A DNA stretch of 52,736 nt from Thermodesulfovibrionales bacterium (GCA_041082235.1 JBDOIG010000091.1:1-52736), one strand, 5' to 3'. Counted from the first letter of the stretch, positions 7,796 to 17,739 are shown. Numbers and translations: made by a program. Notes: generated by a model not told the origin, from the sequence alone.

Positions 7796-9859
7796 ATGAA
7801 CTCCATTCAATATGTTAAGGGAGTAGGTAGAGAGAGAGCAAAATTACTGGAGAAACTCGGAATCAAGTCCCTGAAAGACGCCTTTTATTACCTTCCAAAG
7901 AGGTACGAGGATAGAAGATTCCTTAGATCTATCGCCCAGCTCAGATACGGAAAGATAGAGACTGTAAAGGCAAGGATTGTCTCTGTAGAATTAATAGAAA
8001 GGAAAAGGCTTAAGATACTGGAACTGACACTGAGTGACGGAAGCGGGGTGCTCAGGGCAAAATGGTTCAATCAGCCTTATCTCAAAAAGGTCTTTCAGCA
8101 GAATCAGGAGCTTATACTGAGTGGCATTGTAAAAAGAAATAGTTTCTGGGGAATTGGTTTTGAGATGGAAAATCCTGAATATGAGTTTATTGAAGAGGGT
8201 GATGAACTTATCCATACTTCAAGAATAGTTCCTGTATATGGCCTTACAAAGGGTATAACCCAGAGACAGATGAGAAGGATAATGTTTTCTGTTGTGAATG
8301 AGCATGCAGATTCTATTGAGGATTGTATGCCTGAAGAAATATTAAAAGAATTTGCCCTTCCCCCTCTAAGGGAGAGTTTATTGAATACTCATTTCCCTTC
8401 AGAATCCCTTGACCCTGACAGCCTTAATGATTTCAAAACAACCTATCAGCGCAGGCTTGCCTTTGACGAGATATTTCTATTCCAGATCGGGCTTTCAATT
8501 ATTAGAAAGAATAATTCATTCTCAAGGGGTGTTGCCTTTAAAGGAGAAGGCAGGCTTCTTCGGAGATTAAAGGAATCTCTTCCTTTTAATCTCACGGGTG
8601 CACAGGAAAGGGTTTTAAAAGAGGTAATCTCTGATATGAAGGCTCCCTATCAGATGAATAGACTGATTCAGGGTGATGTGGGATGCGGAAAGACAATAGT
8701 CGCACTTATGGCAATGCTCTTTGCAGTGGAAGATGGTTATCAGGCTGCGTTGATGGCGCCAACAGAGATACTGGCGGAGCAGCATTATATCAATATCCAC
8801 AGGCTTATTGAGGCTCTTGGATTGAAGATCGCCCTTCTCTCAAGGGGAGTGGATGAAAGACCACTGGAGCTTATAGAAAGGGGAGAAATCCACATCGTAG
8901 TTGGGACCCATGCCTTGATTGAGGAAGATGTTAAATTTAAGAAACTGGGTCTTGTGATTATTGATGAACAGCATAGATTTGGCGTAATGCAGAGGTCTGC
9001 CCTGAGGGCAAAAGGTGAGATACCTGATGTTCTTGTAATGACTGCTACACCTATTCCGAGGACCCTTGCACTTACACTTTATGGAGATCTTGATTATTCC
9101 ATAATAGATGAACTTCCACCAGGAAGATCTCCAGTCATTACCAGGGTGATGAATCAGTCCGAGAAGCAAGAGCTTTACAGGCTTATAAGAGAGGAGGTCA
9201 GGAAGGGGAGACAGGTTTATGTGGTATATCCTGTGATAGAGGAATCAGAGGAGCTCAATCTCAGGTCTGCTATACAGGGTAAGGAGGCCTTTGAAAAACT
9301 CTTTCCTGAATTCAGGATCGGGCTTCTTCATGGAAGGCTCAAGCCCTCTGAAAAGGAAGAGATAATGGCAGCCTTTAAGGCACACAAAATTGACATGCTT
9401 GTAAGCACCACTGTTATAGAAGTAGGTATAGATGTTCCGAATGCTACACTTATGGTTATAGTGCATGCTGAGAGGTTTGGCTTGAGTCAGCTTCATCAAT
9501 TAAGGGGAAGGGTGGGAAGGGGTTCTGACCAGTCCTATTGTATCCTCCTTGCTTATGAGCCCCTTTCAGAGGAGGCAAGGCAGAGGCTTCAGGCGATGGT
9601 GAAGTACAGTGATGGGTTCTCCATTGCAGAGCAGGACCTTCTTATAAGGGGGCCAGGAGAGTTTTTCGGGACAAGGCAGTCAGGGATGCCGGACCTGAAG
9701 ATAGCAAACATTGTTAGAGATGCTGAGCTTATACCATTTGCAAGAGAGGCTGCATCCAGCCTGATTAAGAGAGACCCGGAATTGAAAAGATATCCCTTTT
9801 TGAAGAATTCGGTTGAGGAATTCTGGCAAGGTAAGATAGAATTATTTGTGACAGGATAG
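7796..9859 (+). CDS. recG: ATP-dependent DNA helicase RecG
   Basis: RLIQGDVGCGKT, DEQHRFG, MTATPIPRTL, QLHQLRGRVGRG and RGPGEFFGTRQSG motifs. ATG 7796 with GGGAG RBS (GTG 7784 is an alternative). Confidence 0.97.
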   Translation: MNSIQYVKGVGRERAKLLEKLGIKSLKDAFYYLPKRYEDRRFLRSIAQLRYGKIETVKARIVSVELIERKRLKILELTLSDGSGVLRAKWFNQPYLKKVFQQNQELILSGIVKRNSFWGIGFEMENPEYEFIEEGDELIHTSRIVPVYGLTKGITQRQMRRIMFSVVNEHADSIEDCMPEEILKEFALPPLRESLLNTHFPSESLDPDSLNDFKTTYQRRLAFDEIFLFQIGLSIIRKNNSFSRGVAFKGEGRLLRRLKESLPFNLTGAQERVLKEVISDMKAPYQMNRLIQGDVGCGKTIVALMAMLFAVEDGYQAALMAPTEILAEQHYINIHRLIEALGLKIALLSRGVDERPLELIERGEIHIVVGTHALIEEDVKFKKLGLVIIDEQHRFGVMQRSALRAKGEIPDVLVMTATPIPRTLALTLYGDLDYSIIDELPPGRSPVITRVMNQSEKQELYRLIREEVRKGRQVYVVYPVIEESEELNLRSAIQGKEAFEKLFPEFRIGLLHGRLKPSEKEEIMAAFKAHKIDMLVSTTVIEVGIDVPNATLMVIVHAERFGLSQLHQLRGRVGRGSDQSYCILLAYEPLSEEARQRLQAMVKYSDGFSIAEQDLLIRGPGEFFGTRQSGMPDLKIANIVRDAELIPFAREAASSLIKRDPELKRYPFLKNSVEEFWQGKIELFVTG

Positions 9860-9869
9860 TAAAACGTAG

Positions 9870-10059
9870 TGGCCGATAGAAAAAAGGCAGGATGCCTCAA
9901 AGTCTTTACAAAGCGACGATTTTTATTTATTATGTAACAAGAGGTTTTCACCGAAAAGATGCTCTTAGCTATGAATAGTAAGCTAATTAATAACATTACA
10001 TTAAGGTGTCGCAGTAAAGCCTTTTCGGCATTCTGCACATTTTATTTTCAAGGTGATTT
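9870..10059. repeat. Intergenic repeat element, copy 2 (both inverted arms, different interior)
   Basis: Left GCAGGATGCCTCAAAGTCTTTACAAAGCGAC. Right GTCGCAGTAAAGCCTTTTCGGCATTCTGCACATTTTATTTTCAAGGTGATTT, whose reverse complement matches the left arms. Confidence 0.7.
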
Positions 10060-10094
10060 GAAGCATCCTTTTGGCGGTTTTGAGGTAAAACTGT

Positions 10095-10424
10095 ATGCTT
10101 GACATGGTGAGAGATAATATAAAGAGGGCCTGGACAAAGTTTCTGGGATGGTCAGGTCTCATCTCTGAGAGGGTGAGGGTTGAGATAGCTGTAATAGGAA
10201 TAATACAGGAGATAAAGAGGATAGACGAGAGGATTGAAGAGATTTACAAAACAGTTGGCAAGAGGTTCTTTGAATTGAAACAGATACAGGAAAAGAATAT
10301 CCTTAAAGATGAAGAGATAACAAATTGCCTTTTGGAGATACAGAGACTTCTCAAGGAGAAGGAAACCCTTCTTAAAAGGGCATCAGAGATAACAGAGGTC
10401 GGGGAGCAGAGATCGGATGTTTGA
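10095..10424 (+). CDS. Hypothetical coiled-coil protein
   Basis: 109 aa ORF, GAGG RBS, host-like codon use, charged helical sequence. Confidence 0.7.
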   Translation: MLDMVRDNIKRAWTKFLGWSGLISERVRVEIAVIGIIQEIKRIDERIEEIYKTVGKRFFELKQIQEKNILKDEEITNCLLEIQRLLKEKETLLKRASEITEVGEQRSDV

Positions 10425-10451
10425 TAACAATTCTCACTTGTCCTGTGTCAG

Positions 10452-11270
10452 ATGTCCAGAATCCGAAAAATCATGATAGATATTCCTCCTTCAATCCTCA
10501 GTATTTTTATCTTTCTCTTCGGGCTTGCTGCCGGTTCATTCATGAATGTCTGTATATACAGGATACCCAGGGGGCTTTCCATTATAAGACCTGCTTCAAG
10601 ATGTCCCCATTGCGATACCCCCATAAGGCCCTTTGATAACATACCCCTTTTAAGTTTTTTTATCCTTAAAGGAAGATGCAGGACCTGCGGTGAAAAGATT
10701 CACTGGAGGTATCCTCTGGTAGAATTGTTGAATGGTATCTTCTGGTTTTTGCTCTTCAATAGGTTCGGAGCATCCCTGGATGTCATGCCTGTTCTTTTTT
10801 TAATATCCTCTCTTATTGTAATAACATTTATTGATCTTGAGCATATGATTATACCTGATATAATAACAATACCCGGGACATTTCTTGGTATTGCCCTGAG
10901 CCTGTTTATCCCTGATCCCTTCTTCAGACTGGAAAGGCTTGGTCTGATGAACTCCCTTACCGGTGCCATTACAGGATTTTTATTATTTTTTATTATTGCT
11001 ATCCTTGGTTCATGGATATTCAGGAAAGAGGCAATGGGCGGTGGAGATGTAAAGCTCATGGCAATGGTTGGAGCTTTTACAGGGTGGAAGGGTGTTATAC
11101 TTACCACATTTGCAGGCAGCCTGATTGGTTCCATAGCCGGGATAGCTATAATCCTCAGAAAAAAAACTCAGGATACGGTTATCCCCTTTGGTCCCTACCT
11201 TGCAGCTGGTGCAGTTGTGAGTATTTTTTATGGGCAGGAGATAATGGGTGTATGGTTAAGGTGGCTATAA
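10452..11270 (+). CDS. pilD: Prepilin peptidase/N-methyltransferase
   Basis: GSFMNVCIYRIP, two CxxC pairs, MGGGDVKL and IPFGPYLA motifs. Start may be ATG 10473. Confidence 0.95.
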   Translation: MSRIRKIMIDIPPSILSIFIFLFGLAAGSFMNVCIYRIPRGLSIIRPASRCPHCDTPIRPFDNIPLLSFFILKGRCRTCGEKIHWRYPLVELLNGIFWFLLFNRFGASLDVMPVLFLISSLIVITFIDLEHMIIPDIITIPGTFLGIALSLFIPDPFFRLERLGLMNSLTGAITGFLLFFIIAILGSWIFRKEAMGGGDVKLMAMVGAFTGWKGVILTTFAGSLIGSIAGIAIILRKKTQDTVIPFGPYLAAGAVVSIFYGQEIMGVWLRWL

Positions 11271-11455
11271 AATTGCCAGTAAAAAGGTGCAGCCTGTCTC
11301 AAAGTATTTACAAGGCTATGATAGTCAGGATACAGGATTTAAGATACCAGATTCAGGATTCAGAATACAGGCTTTTAGGATTATTGTGTATCTTGTATCA
11401 TGGATTTAATGTGTCGCCATAAAGCCTTTTCGGCAACAGGCACCTTTTATTTTAA
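11269..11455. repeat. Intergenic repeat element, copy 3, with heptamer tandem array
   Basis: Left AAAAGGTGCAGCCTGTCTCAAAGTATTTACAAGGC. About 7 heptamers CAGGATA/CAGGATT/TAAGATA at 11326-11374. Right GTCGCCATAAAGCCTTTTCGGCAACAGGCACCTTTT. Confidence 0.75.
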
Positions 11456-11499
11456 AGGGCTATTATATTCTTATTGGTATTTTTGGCTGTTCAGATAAT

Positions 11500-12732
11500 A
11501 TGCGTATATTGATTGGTGCAATATTAACAGGTATCTTTATTTCAACCATGGTAATTTTTCTTTCAGAAAAATCCATAAATCCCGTCCTTATATTTATGGC
11601 CATTATAACAGGCATTGGACTTATAATTGTATTTATCTCATCCATGAGAAATGCAATGAGGACAAAGACAGAAGAAAGAGAATTTATGATGGAGACCATG
11701 AGAGAGCTTATTTCACAGATGAAGGATAAACAGGTGGCTCTTGATATATTTAATGAAAATATCCTTCAGAGTGTTCCAAGTGGTGTCCTGAGTATAAACA
11801 GGGAAGGGATTGTAACAAAGATCAATGAGGCTGGTATGAATATCCTTAAAAGCTCAGATATTATCGGAAGGCCTATCTCGGAGGTAATTGGAGAGTCACT
11901 TCTTAATTATATCCTCAGGGAGGAATTAATAAAGAGAGATGAGGTGCTCTGCGAGATAGCTGGTAGAAAGGTGTGGCTCGGCTTCAGCATATCTCCTCTC
12001 AGAGACAGGAATAAAAATATTATCGGGAAGATAATAACATTTACAGATATAACAGAATTTAAAGATCTTCAGTCAAGGATTAAGCTGAAGGAGAGACTTG
12101 AGAGCCTTGGAGAGATGGCTGCTGGTATTGCTCATGAGATGAGGAACCCCATGGCAGTTATTACAGGTTATGCAAATATCCTGAGGAAAAAGGCAGACCC
12201 TTCAATTCAGGAGCTTGTTGAGGCCATTCAGAAGGAGATCTATCTTATTGACAGCATTATCAGGGATTTCCTGAGCTTTGCAAGATATGAGGAACCAAAT
12301 CTTGTTCCTGTAGATATGATAAGCATGGTTAGAGATATCCTTAATGGTTTTGAGATGCCAGAAGAGATTGAACTTAAAATTGAGATTGAACCTTCTGATG
12401 GTCTTATGGCTGATGAGACACTCATTAAACAGGCTATAAAGAATCTAATACAAAACAGTATTGATGCCATGCCAGAGGGTGGAAATCTTGAGATTAAAGG
12501 GCAAAAGATTCATAACTCATACAGGATTTCCATATCAGATACAGGCAAGGGCATTTCACCGGAGATAAGGGAAAAGATATTCATACCCTTTTTTACCACA
12601 AAGGAGCGAGGAACAGGTCTGGGGCTTGCTATAGTTCATAAGGTTGTTGCCGCCCATGGAGGAGAGATAGCATTTGATACCTCTGAGAATGGAACTACCT
12701 TTAAAATAACCTTACCTCTGGGCCCTTTTTAA
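11500..12732 (+). CDS. Membrane PAS-domain sensor histidine kinase (PilS/NtrB-like)
   Basis: 2 N-terminal TMs, PAS region, AHEMRNP H-box, N/G1/F/G2 boxes (FIPFFTTKERGTGLGL). Confidence 0.92.
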   Translation: MRILIGAILTGIFISTMVIFLSEKSINPVLIFMAIITGIGLIIVFISSMRNAMRTKTEEREFMMETMRELISQMKDKQVALDIFNENILQSVPSGVLSINREGIVTKINEAGMNILKSSDIIGRPISEVIGESLLNYILREELIKRDEVLCEIAGRKVWLGFSISPLRDRNKNIIGKIITFTDITEFKDLQSRIKLKERLESLGEMAAGIAHEMRNPMAVITGYANILRKKADPSIQELVEAIQKEIYLIDSIIRDFLSFARYEEPNLVPVDMISMVRDILNGFEMPEEIELKIEIEPSDGLMADETLIKQAIKNLIQNSIDAMPEGGNLEIKGQKIHNSYRISISDTGKGISPEIREKIFIPFFTTKERGTGLGLAIVHKVVAAHGGEIAFDTSENGTTFKITLPLGPF

Positions 12733-14691
12733 TCTACTGAAAAGCCCTTTATAGTATTTTAAATCAGTTTTTTTCTCACCAAATCTTGCTGATAGATAAA
12801 GTTCAATGAATTCTTCAAGCTCCTCCTCGGGAAGCCCTGACCGGAGTCCGTAGTTAAATACATCCAGAGGGGTTGATGAATCCCCGATGGAGAAGCCCCT
12901 TTCTTTAAGGAGTCTTTTTAATTTCACATAGTAGAAACTTACTTCTCTATGGGAAGACCTTTTTGAGATAATTATCTTAAAAAATAAAAAGCTCAGTATA
13001 ACAGCAGAGATGATGATCATAAATAAAAAGGCAATAGAAACAATGCCCATAGCATTTCTCATTGCTCTGGTAGCAGAAATAATGGAATCTTCTATTTTTA
13101 TCTTTATCTTTTCTGTAGATGTCTTGAGCCCCTTTACAATTTTTATCTGGTCTTCCCTGCTGAAGCTTACCACATATCTCTGCCATTGTAGTTTAAGGTA
13201 ATCAAGATAAAGAAATATCCCCGGTGGTTCTGGTTCAGGAGTTATCACCAATGGTGTTGGATCAAATCTTGACCAGCTTCCATCAATCAGTGCCTCAACC
13301 CATGAGTGGGCATCCTTCTGCCGAACAATAATATAGTTTCCTATATTATTTATCTGACCTCCTGAAAACCCTGTAATCACCCTTGCAGGTATCCCGATAG
13401 ACCGTAACATCAACACCATTGCGCTTGCATAATGCTCGCAGTATCCTTTTTTTTCTTCAAAGAGAAAATAGGATACAGGATCAACACCTGAAGGCGGCTC
13501 AGTGACTGTAAGGGAATATGTATAATTTTTTTTAAGAAAGGATTCTATAAAGAGCGCCTTTTCCTTATCAGTTTTAATTCCGGAGACAAGTCTTTCTGTA
13601 AAAGGCTGGAGAGTTTTTTTAAGAGATGCAGGTATCTGGAGGTACCGGGGATGAAATTTAACCTCAGGTAATAAGCGAGGGGAGCTCTTTACAACATAAT
13701 GTATCCTCCTTGCTCCCTTTCTTGGCAGATAAAGGGTATCAGAGAAATCTCTTTCCATTCTGTGAGCTGTTATATTTATTGAGACAGGTCTGTCCATTAA
13801 AAAAAGCACATCTGAGTCAACAGGTTCTAGAAGGATATCCTGTTCTACGGAATCTTCAGGGATCGGGGTCCTCAGTAGAAATTCCTCTCCTGTTTTTTTG
13901 AGGCTCCATCTTGTCTCTATAAAGGAGTTTGACCATGCCTGTCCATCAAAATAATCAAGTGTCATGCCCCTCCAGTAATAGGGGCCCTTTTTGAAGGGTC
14001 TGAGCTCAACCCTCATGACCACTGTGGGGTCAAGCTTGAGCTCACCCGAAGAAAGATCCATCCTCTCAGAAAAACCTGCATTTTTAATCCCCTTTATATG
14101 ACTTTTACCCCAGAGGCCGTATCTCAACCTTGGAAGACTTATAAAAAATATCGTTGAGAGGATGACTGTTGTTATCACCAGTAATACGAGGGCATTCTTA
14201 AGACCTCTTCCTTCAAGGGGTATTGAAATACCCAGTTGAAGAGAGGTCTTGATGTAATGTGCCATTATCATGACGAATATAAACAGGAATATAAAAAGGA
14301 TTATTATCGCTCCAAAGAGCATCTGCGTGGTGAATTCCGATGCAACCACAAGCTGTAAAAGAGACATAAAATAGACCTGTAGTGGGTCATAGGGCTCCTT
14401 TATATCAAAAGACTTTATTGCATGAAAAACAAGGCTGAGATGACCCACAGAGACAAGGTAATCTCCTGTTATAATAAAGACATCTATAAAAAATATAAAA
14501 AGGCCTGCAATGGATGAGAGACCTATTACGAACCTTGACCCCTGAGGTCTGTTTTTAATAAGTCTTATATACCCATATATCATTAAAAATAAAAAGGGAT
14601 AATAAACAGGATTGAGCTCTCCTGTGAATATTAATGTTAAGGAACCTGAAATGGCTATCAGGCCTGTAAGGACTTTATATCTCTGAGGCAT
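12712..14691 (-). CDS. DUF3488/transglutaminase-domain membrane protein (TgpA-like)
   Basis: N-terminal TMs, YWRG, GYCEHYASAM...GIPARV, AHSWVE and FDPTP catalytic motifs. Confidence 0.92.
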   Translation of the reverse strand: MPQRYKVLTGLIAISGSLTLIFTGELNPVYYPFLFLMIYGYIRLIKNRPQGSRFVIGLSSIAGLFIFFIDVFIITGDYLVSVGHLSLVFHAIKSFDIKEPYDPLQVYFMSLLQLVVASEFTTQMLFGAIIILFIFLFIFVMIMAHYIKTSLQLGISIPLEGRGLKNALVLLVITTVILSTIFFISLPRLRYGLWGKSHIKGIKNAGFSERMDLSSGELKLDPTVVMRVELRPFKKGPYYWRGMTLDYFDGQAWSNSFIETRWSLKKTGEEFLLRTPIPEDSVEQDILLEPVDSDVLFLMDRPVSINITAHRMERDFSDTLYLPRKGARRIHYVVKSSPRLLPEVKFHPRYLQIPASLKKTLQPFTERLVSGIKTDKEKALFIESFLKKNYTYSLTVTEPPSGVDPVSYFLFEEKKGYCEHYASAMVLMLRSIGIPARVITGFSGGQINNIGNYIIVRQKDAHSWVEALIDGSWSRFDPTPLVITPEPEPPGIFLYLDYLKLQWQRYVVSFSREDQIKIVKGLKTSTEKIKIKIEDSIISATRAMRNAMGIVSIAFLFMIIISAVILSFLFFKIIISKRSSHREVSFYYVKLKRLLKERGFSIGDSSTPLDVFNYGLRSGLPEEELEEFIELYLSARFGEKKTDLKYYKGLFSRLKRAQR

Positions 14692-15682
14692 AGAAGACCC
14701 TCTCTGAAGATTCCCTGAATCTTACAAGAGGTGAAGCATCGGACTGAAGTATTAATATTGATCTTCCCGCTGATTCACCTTCATCAATAAGACAGGAGAA
14801 GTCATCAGCGTATGATATAATGGCAAGATGGTCAAGTATCTTCCTCAGGTGTTCCATTCCTGTTCCAAAAGGTATGGTCTTGAGGCATGTAATAAACCTC
14901 ACATAATATCCAGCCTCTATAAATCTTGCTGAAAGAGAGGCTGCAAAGGAGATAGATTCCTCAAAAGCCTCCTCCTGTGGTGGTCTGAAGTTATCAAAAA
15001 AGACTGTTATCCTTATGGTTTCTTCTGTAGCTGATTCTTTTATCATAAGTTCTCCTGTCTTTGCTGTTGCCTTCCAGTGAATGAATCTCCTGTCATCACC
15101 ATATCTATACTGCCTGATCTTCTGAAAATCCCTTTCTCCTGTAAAGGGTCTTTTACCTTCACTTATGAAAGGGTCCATCAACAGGTCTATATCTTTTAAT
15201 GCAGGATAAATAAGAAGTGTTCCCTTAACATCCTGTCTTATGGAATTTTCTGTAAATATAAAAGGGAAACCTGTTTTGAGGATGAGCGTGTCCTTCAGAC
15301 TGAGCATACCCCTTTTTAAGGGTGTAACATTTATTGTTTTTTCGATACTTCCACCGGGTTTAAGTATATCTACATAATCAACAATCCTCAGCGGGCCTTT
15401 GGGAGGGGCACTTATGGAAAATGACCTTGAGCTTAGAAAGGACTTTTTCTTTGAGTATCTCAGTTTTATTCTGGAGGTTTTTCCAGCAAAGAGGTCATCA
15501 GATGGTTCTATCTCTATTCTGATTCCTCTCAGATTTACATAAGTAATCAAAAGTGATAGAAAGAAGATGGAGAGCATTACAGAGAGAATCAGATACATAA
15601 GGTTGTTGCCTGTATTTAATGATGCCAGGCCTATAAGGGATGTGGCAAGGACTAATCTGAAACCTTCCCTGGTAATCTTCAT
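14675..15682 (-). CDS. DUF58 domain protein
   Basis: N-terminal TMs and RQYRYGDDRRFIHWKATAK motif; adjacent to MoxR. Confidence 0.9.
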   Translation of the reverse strand: MKITREGFRLVLATSLIGLASLNTGNNLMYLILSVMLSIFFLSLLITYVNLRGIRIEIEPSDDLFAGKTSRIKLRYSKKKSFLSSRSFSISAPPKGPLRIVDYVDILKPGGSIEKTINVTPLKRGMLSLKDTLILKTGFPFIFTENSIRQDVKGTLLIYPALKDIDLLMDPFISEGKRPFTGERDFQKIRQYRYGDDRRFIHWKATAKTGELMIKESATEETIRITVFFDNFRPPQEEAFEESISFAASLSARFIEAGYYVRFITCLKTIPFGTGMEHLRKILDHLAIISYADDFSCLIDEGESAGRSILILQSDASPLVRFRESSERVFYASEI

Positions 15683-16599
15683 ACAGGCACGGCTATTCTT
15701 GATATTATTTCTCTTATAATTTCTGTGGCATCAGTAATATATGTCTTTGTCTTGAGTATTATCCTGTGACCAAAGACAAGTGGAGCCACGATTTTTATAT
15801 CATCAGGAGTTACAAAGTTCCTTCCACTAAAAAAGGCATGGGCCCTTGCTGCCTGAAGGCAAAACTGTCCACCCCTGGGGCTGACACCAAGCCTTATCAT
15901 ATCATGTCTTCTTGTTGCAAGTATAATCTCATGAAGATATTTAAGTATATCATCATGGACCTTTACCTCTGAGACAGCTGTCTGCATCCTCATAATCTCA
16001 TCAGCTCCTATTACTGGAGAGAGCCTTTCTATCTCTTCAAATCTTGAACCTTTGAGAAGTGCTTTTTTCTCAAAGTCAGGTTCAGGATAGCCAATCCTGA
16101 GATGCATCATGAACCTGTCAAGCTGACTTTCCGGTAATGGGAAGGTTCCGTAATATTCAATTGGATTTTGTGTGGCAATAATCATGAATGGTTCCGGAAT
16201 TTCATAGGTTTTCCTGTCAACAGAGACCTTTCTTTCATTCATTGCCTCAAGAAGGGCTGACTGGGTCTTTGGATTTGTCCTGTTTATCTCATCAGCAAGG
16301 ACAATATTGGCAAATATAGGTCCTGGTTTAAATTCAAAGTCTCTCTTTTCAGGGTTGTAGACATTTACTCCAATAATATCTGATGGAAGAAGGTCACTTG
16401 TAAACTGTATCCTCTGGAATGTGCAGCTTGTAGCTTTTGCAAGGGCGTAGGCAAGGGTGGTCTTTCCAACACCGGGTATATCCTCAATAAGGAGATGACC
16501 TTTTGCAAGGAGGGTTACGATGCAGAATTTTGTAACATCCTCCTTTCCGAGGATAATGGAGTCAAGGGTGGATTTCAGCCTTTTAAGAGATTCATTCAT
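15679..16599 (-). CDS. moxR: MoxR family AAA+ ATPase
   Basis: EDIPGVGKT, RIQFTSDLLPSD, LADEINR...QSALLEAM and LPESQLDRF motifs. Confidence 0.95.
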   Translation of the reverse strand: MNESLKRLKSTLDSIILGKEDVTKFCIVTLLAKGHLLIEDIPGVGKTTLAYALAKATSCTFQRIQFTSDLLPSDIIGVNVYNPEKRDFEFKPGPIFANIVLADEINRTNPKTQSALLEAMNERKVSVDRKTYEIPEPFMIIATQNPIEYYGTFPLPESQLDRFMMHLRIGYPEPDFEKKALLKGSRFEEIERLSPVIGADEIMRMQTAVSEVKVHDDILKYLHEIILATRRHDMIRLGVSPRGGQFCLQAARAHAFFSGRNFVTPDDIKIVAPLVFGHRIILKTKTYITDATEIIREIISRIAVPV

Positions 16600-17654
16600 A
16601 TTACCTCAAGTTCCTTTGATAGATTGGTGAGTATCTCTGAACCATCTTTTTTTACAGATACCATATCTTCTATCCTCACCCCTCCGATATTGCTCAGATA
16701 TATCCCTGGTTCCACTGTAAAGACCATACCCGGTTTCAGCCTTTCCTTTCCTGTCATACTGATCACAGGTAGTTCATGTATATCAAGCCCAACTCCATGA
16801 CCGGTAGAATGACCAAAGGCCTTCCCATAACCCTCTTTCTCAATTGCCATCCTTGCCTTCTGATCAATCTTAAAGGTGGTAATACCTGGTTTTACTACCA
16901 AGAGGGCCTCTTCCTGTGCCCTCTTAACAATATTGTATATCCGCTTTTTTTGTTCTAAATATGGGTCATCAGAAACTGGTTTAATCAAAAATGTCCTTGT
17001 CATATCACAGAAATATCCATCAGCCTCAGCACCCCAGTCAATAACAACAAGATCACCGGGTGATATTTTTTTCATTGATGACCTTGCATGAGGCATGGCT
17101 GAATTTTCTCCAGATGCAACAATTACTTCAAAAGGAAGATTCCCTGAGCCAAGTTTTTTTATCTGGTATTCAAGCTCTGTGGCTATATCCCGTTCCTTAA
17201 CACCTGGCTTGATCAGTTCTTTTATCCTTAAAAATCCCTCTTCAGCCCTCTTGATTGCTATCTTAATCTTTTCTATTTCCTCCTGAGTTTTGATTTCCCT
17301 TAACTTCTGAAGATGTTTTTTTAGAGGTATAAGTCCTAAACCGAAATTCTTCAGCCTTTGAAAATTTTCATAGCTTATAGCAGGCTCAAAGGCGAGCCTT
17401 TTAAGATTGAGCTTTGTAATTAGCTTTTTCAGACCGCTGAACCTTTTTTTCTCAATAACAATGTCCCAGGACTTAACCTCTTTTCCAGCCTGTTCCTTGT
17501 ATCTGAAATCAGTTATAAAAAAATTTGCTTTCCCTGTATAAAGGCAGATAGCTGATGAACCCGTGAACCCTGTAAAATATCTGATATTTTTAATATCCGT
17601 AAGTAGTATTGCATCTACATGAAGTGAGTTTTTGATCTTTTTAAGCCTGTCCAT
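16596..17654 (-). CDS. Xaa-Pro aminopeptidase (M24B)
   Basis: DxG...DMTRT, HSTGHGVGLDIHE, TVEPGIY and GVRIED motifs. Confidence 0.95.
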   Translation of the reverse strand: MDRLKKIKNSLHVDAILLTDIKNIRYFTGFTGSSAICLYTGKANFFITDFRYKEQAGKEVKSWDIVIEKKRFSGLKKLITKLNLKRLAFEPAISYENFQRLKNFGLGLIPLKKHLQKLREIKTQEEIEKIKIAIKRAEEGFLRIKELIKPGVKERDIATELEYQIKKLGSGNLPFEVIVASGENSAMPHARSSMKKISPGDLVVIDWGAEADGYFCDMTRTFLIKPVSDDPYLEQKKRIYNIVKRAQEEALLVVKPGITTFKIDQKARMAIEKEGYGKAFGHSTGHGVGLDIHELPVISMTGKERLKPGMVFTVEPGIYLSNIGGVRIEDMVSVKKDGSEILTNLSKELEVI

Positions 17655-17739
17655 AAATTAGTATAGCATACCATCAATTATCTCATTGAGCCACTCAAAG
17701 ATAGAGAAGCTGAAAATATTATTAAGACATAAGGTTCAG

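Noticed and set aside
9589-10038. 149-aa minus-strand ORF
   Set aside because: Antisense to recG and the repeat element; no recognisable motifs.
5959-11406. Heptamer arrays and repeated arms as a CRISPR array or integron attC sites
   Set aside because: No regular repeat-spacer periodicity, no cas or integrase gene, and the elements separate core genes such as recG and pilD.
11012-11422. 136-aa ORF with IQD/YQIQD repeats
   Set aside because: It overlaps pilD out of frame and simply reads through the heptamer array.
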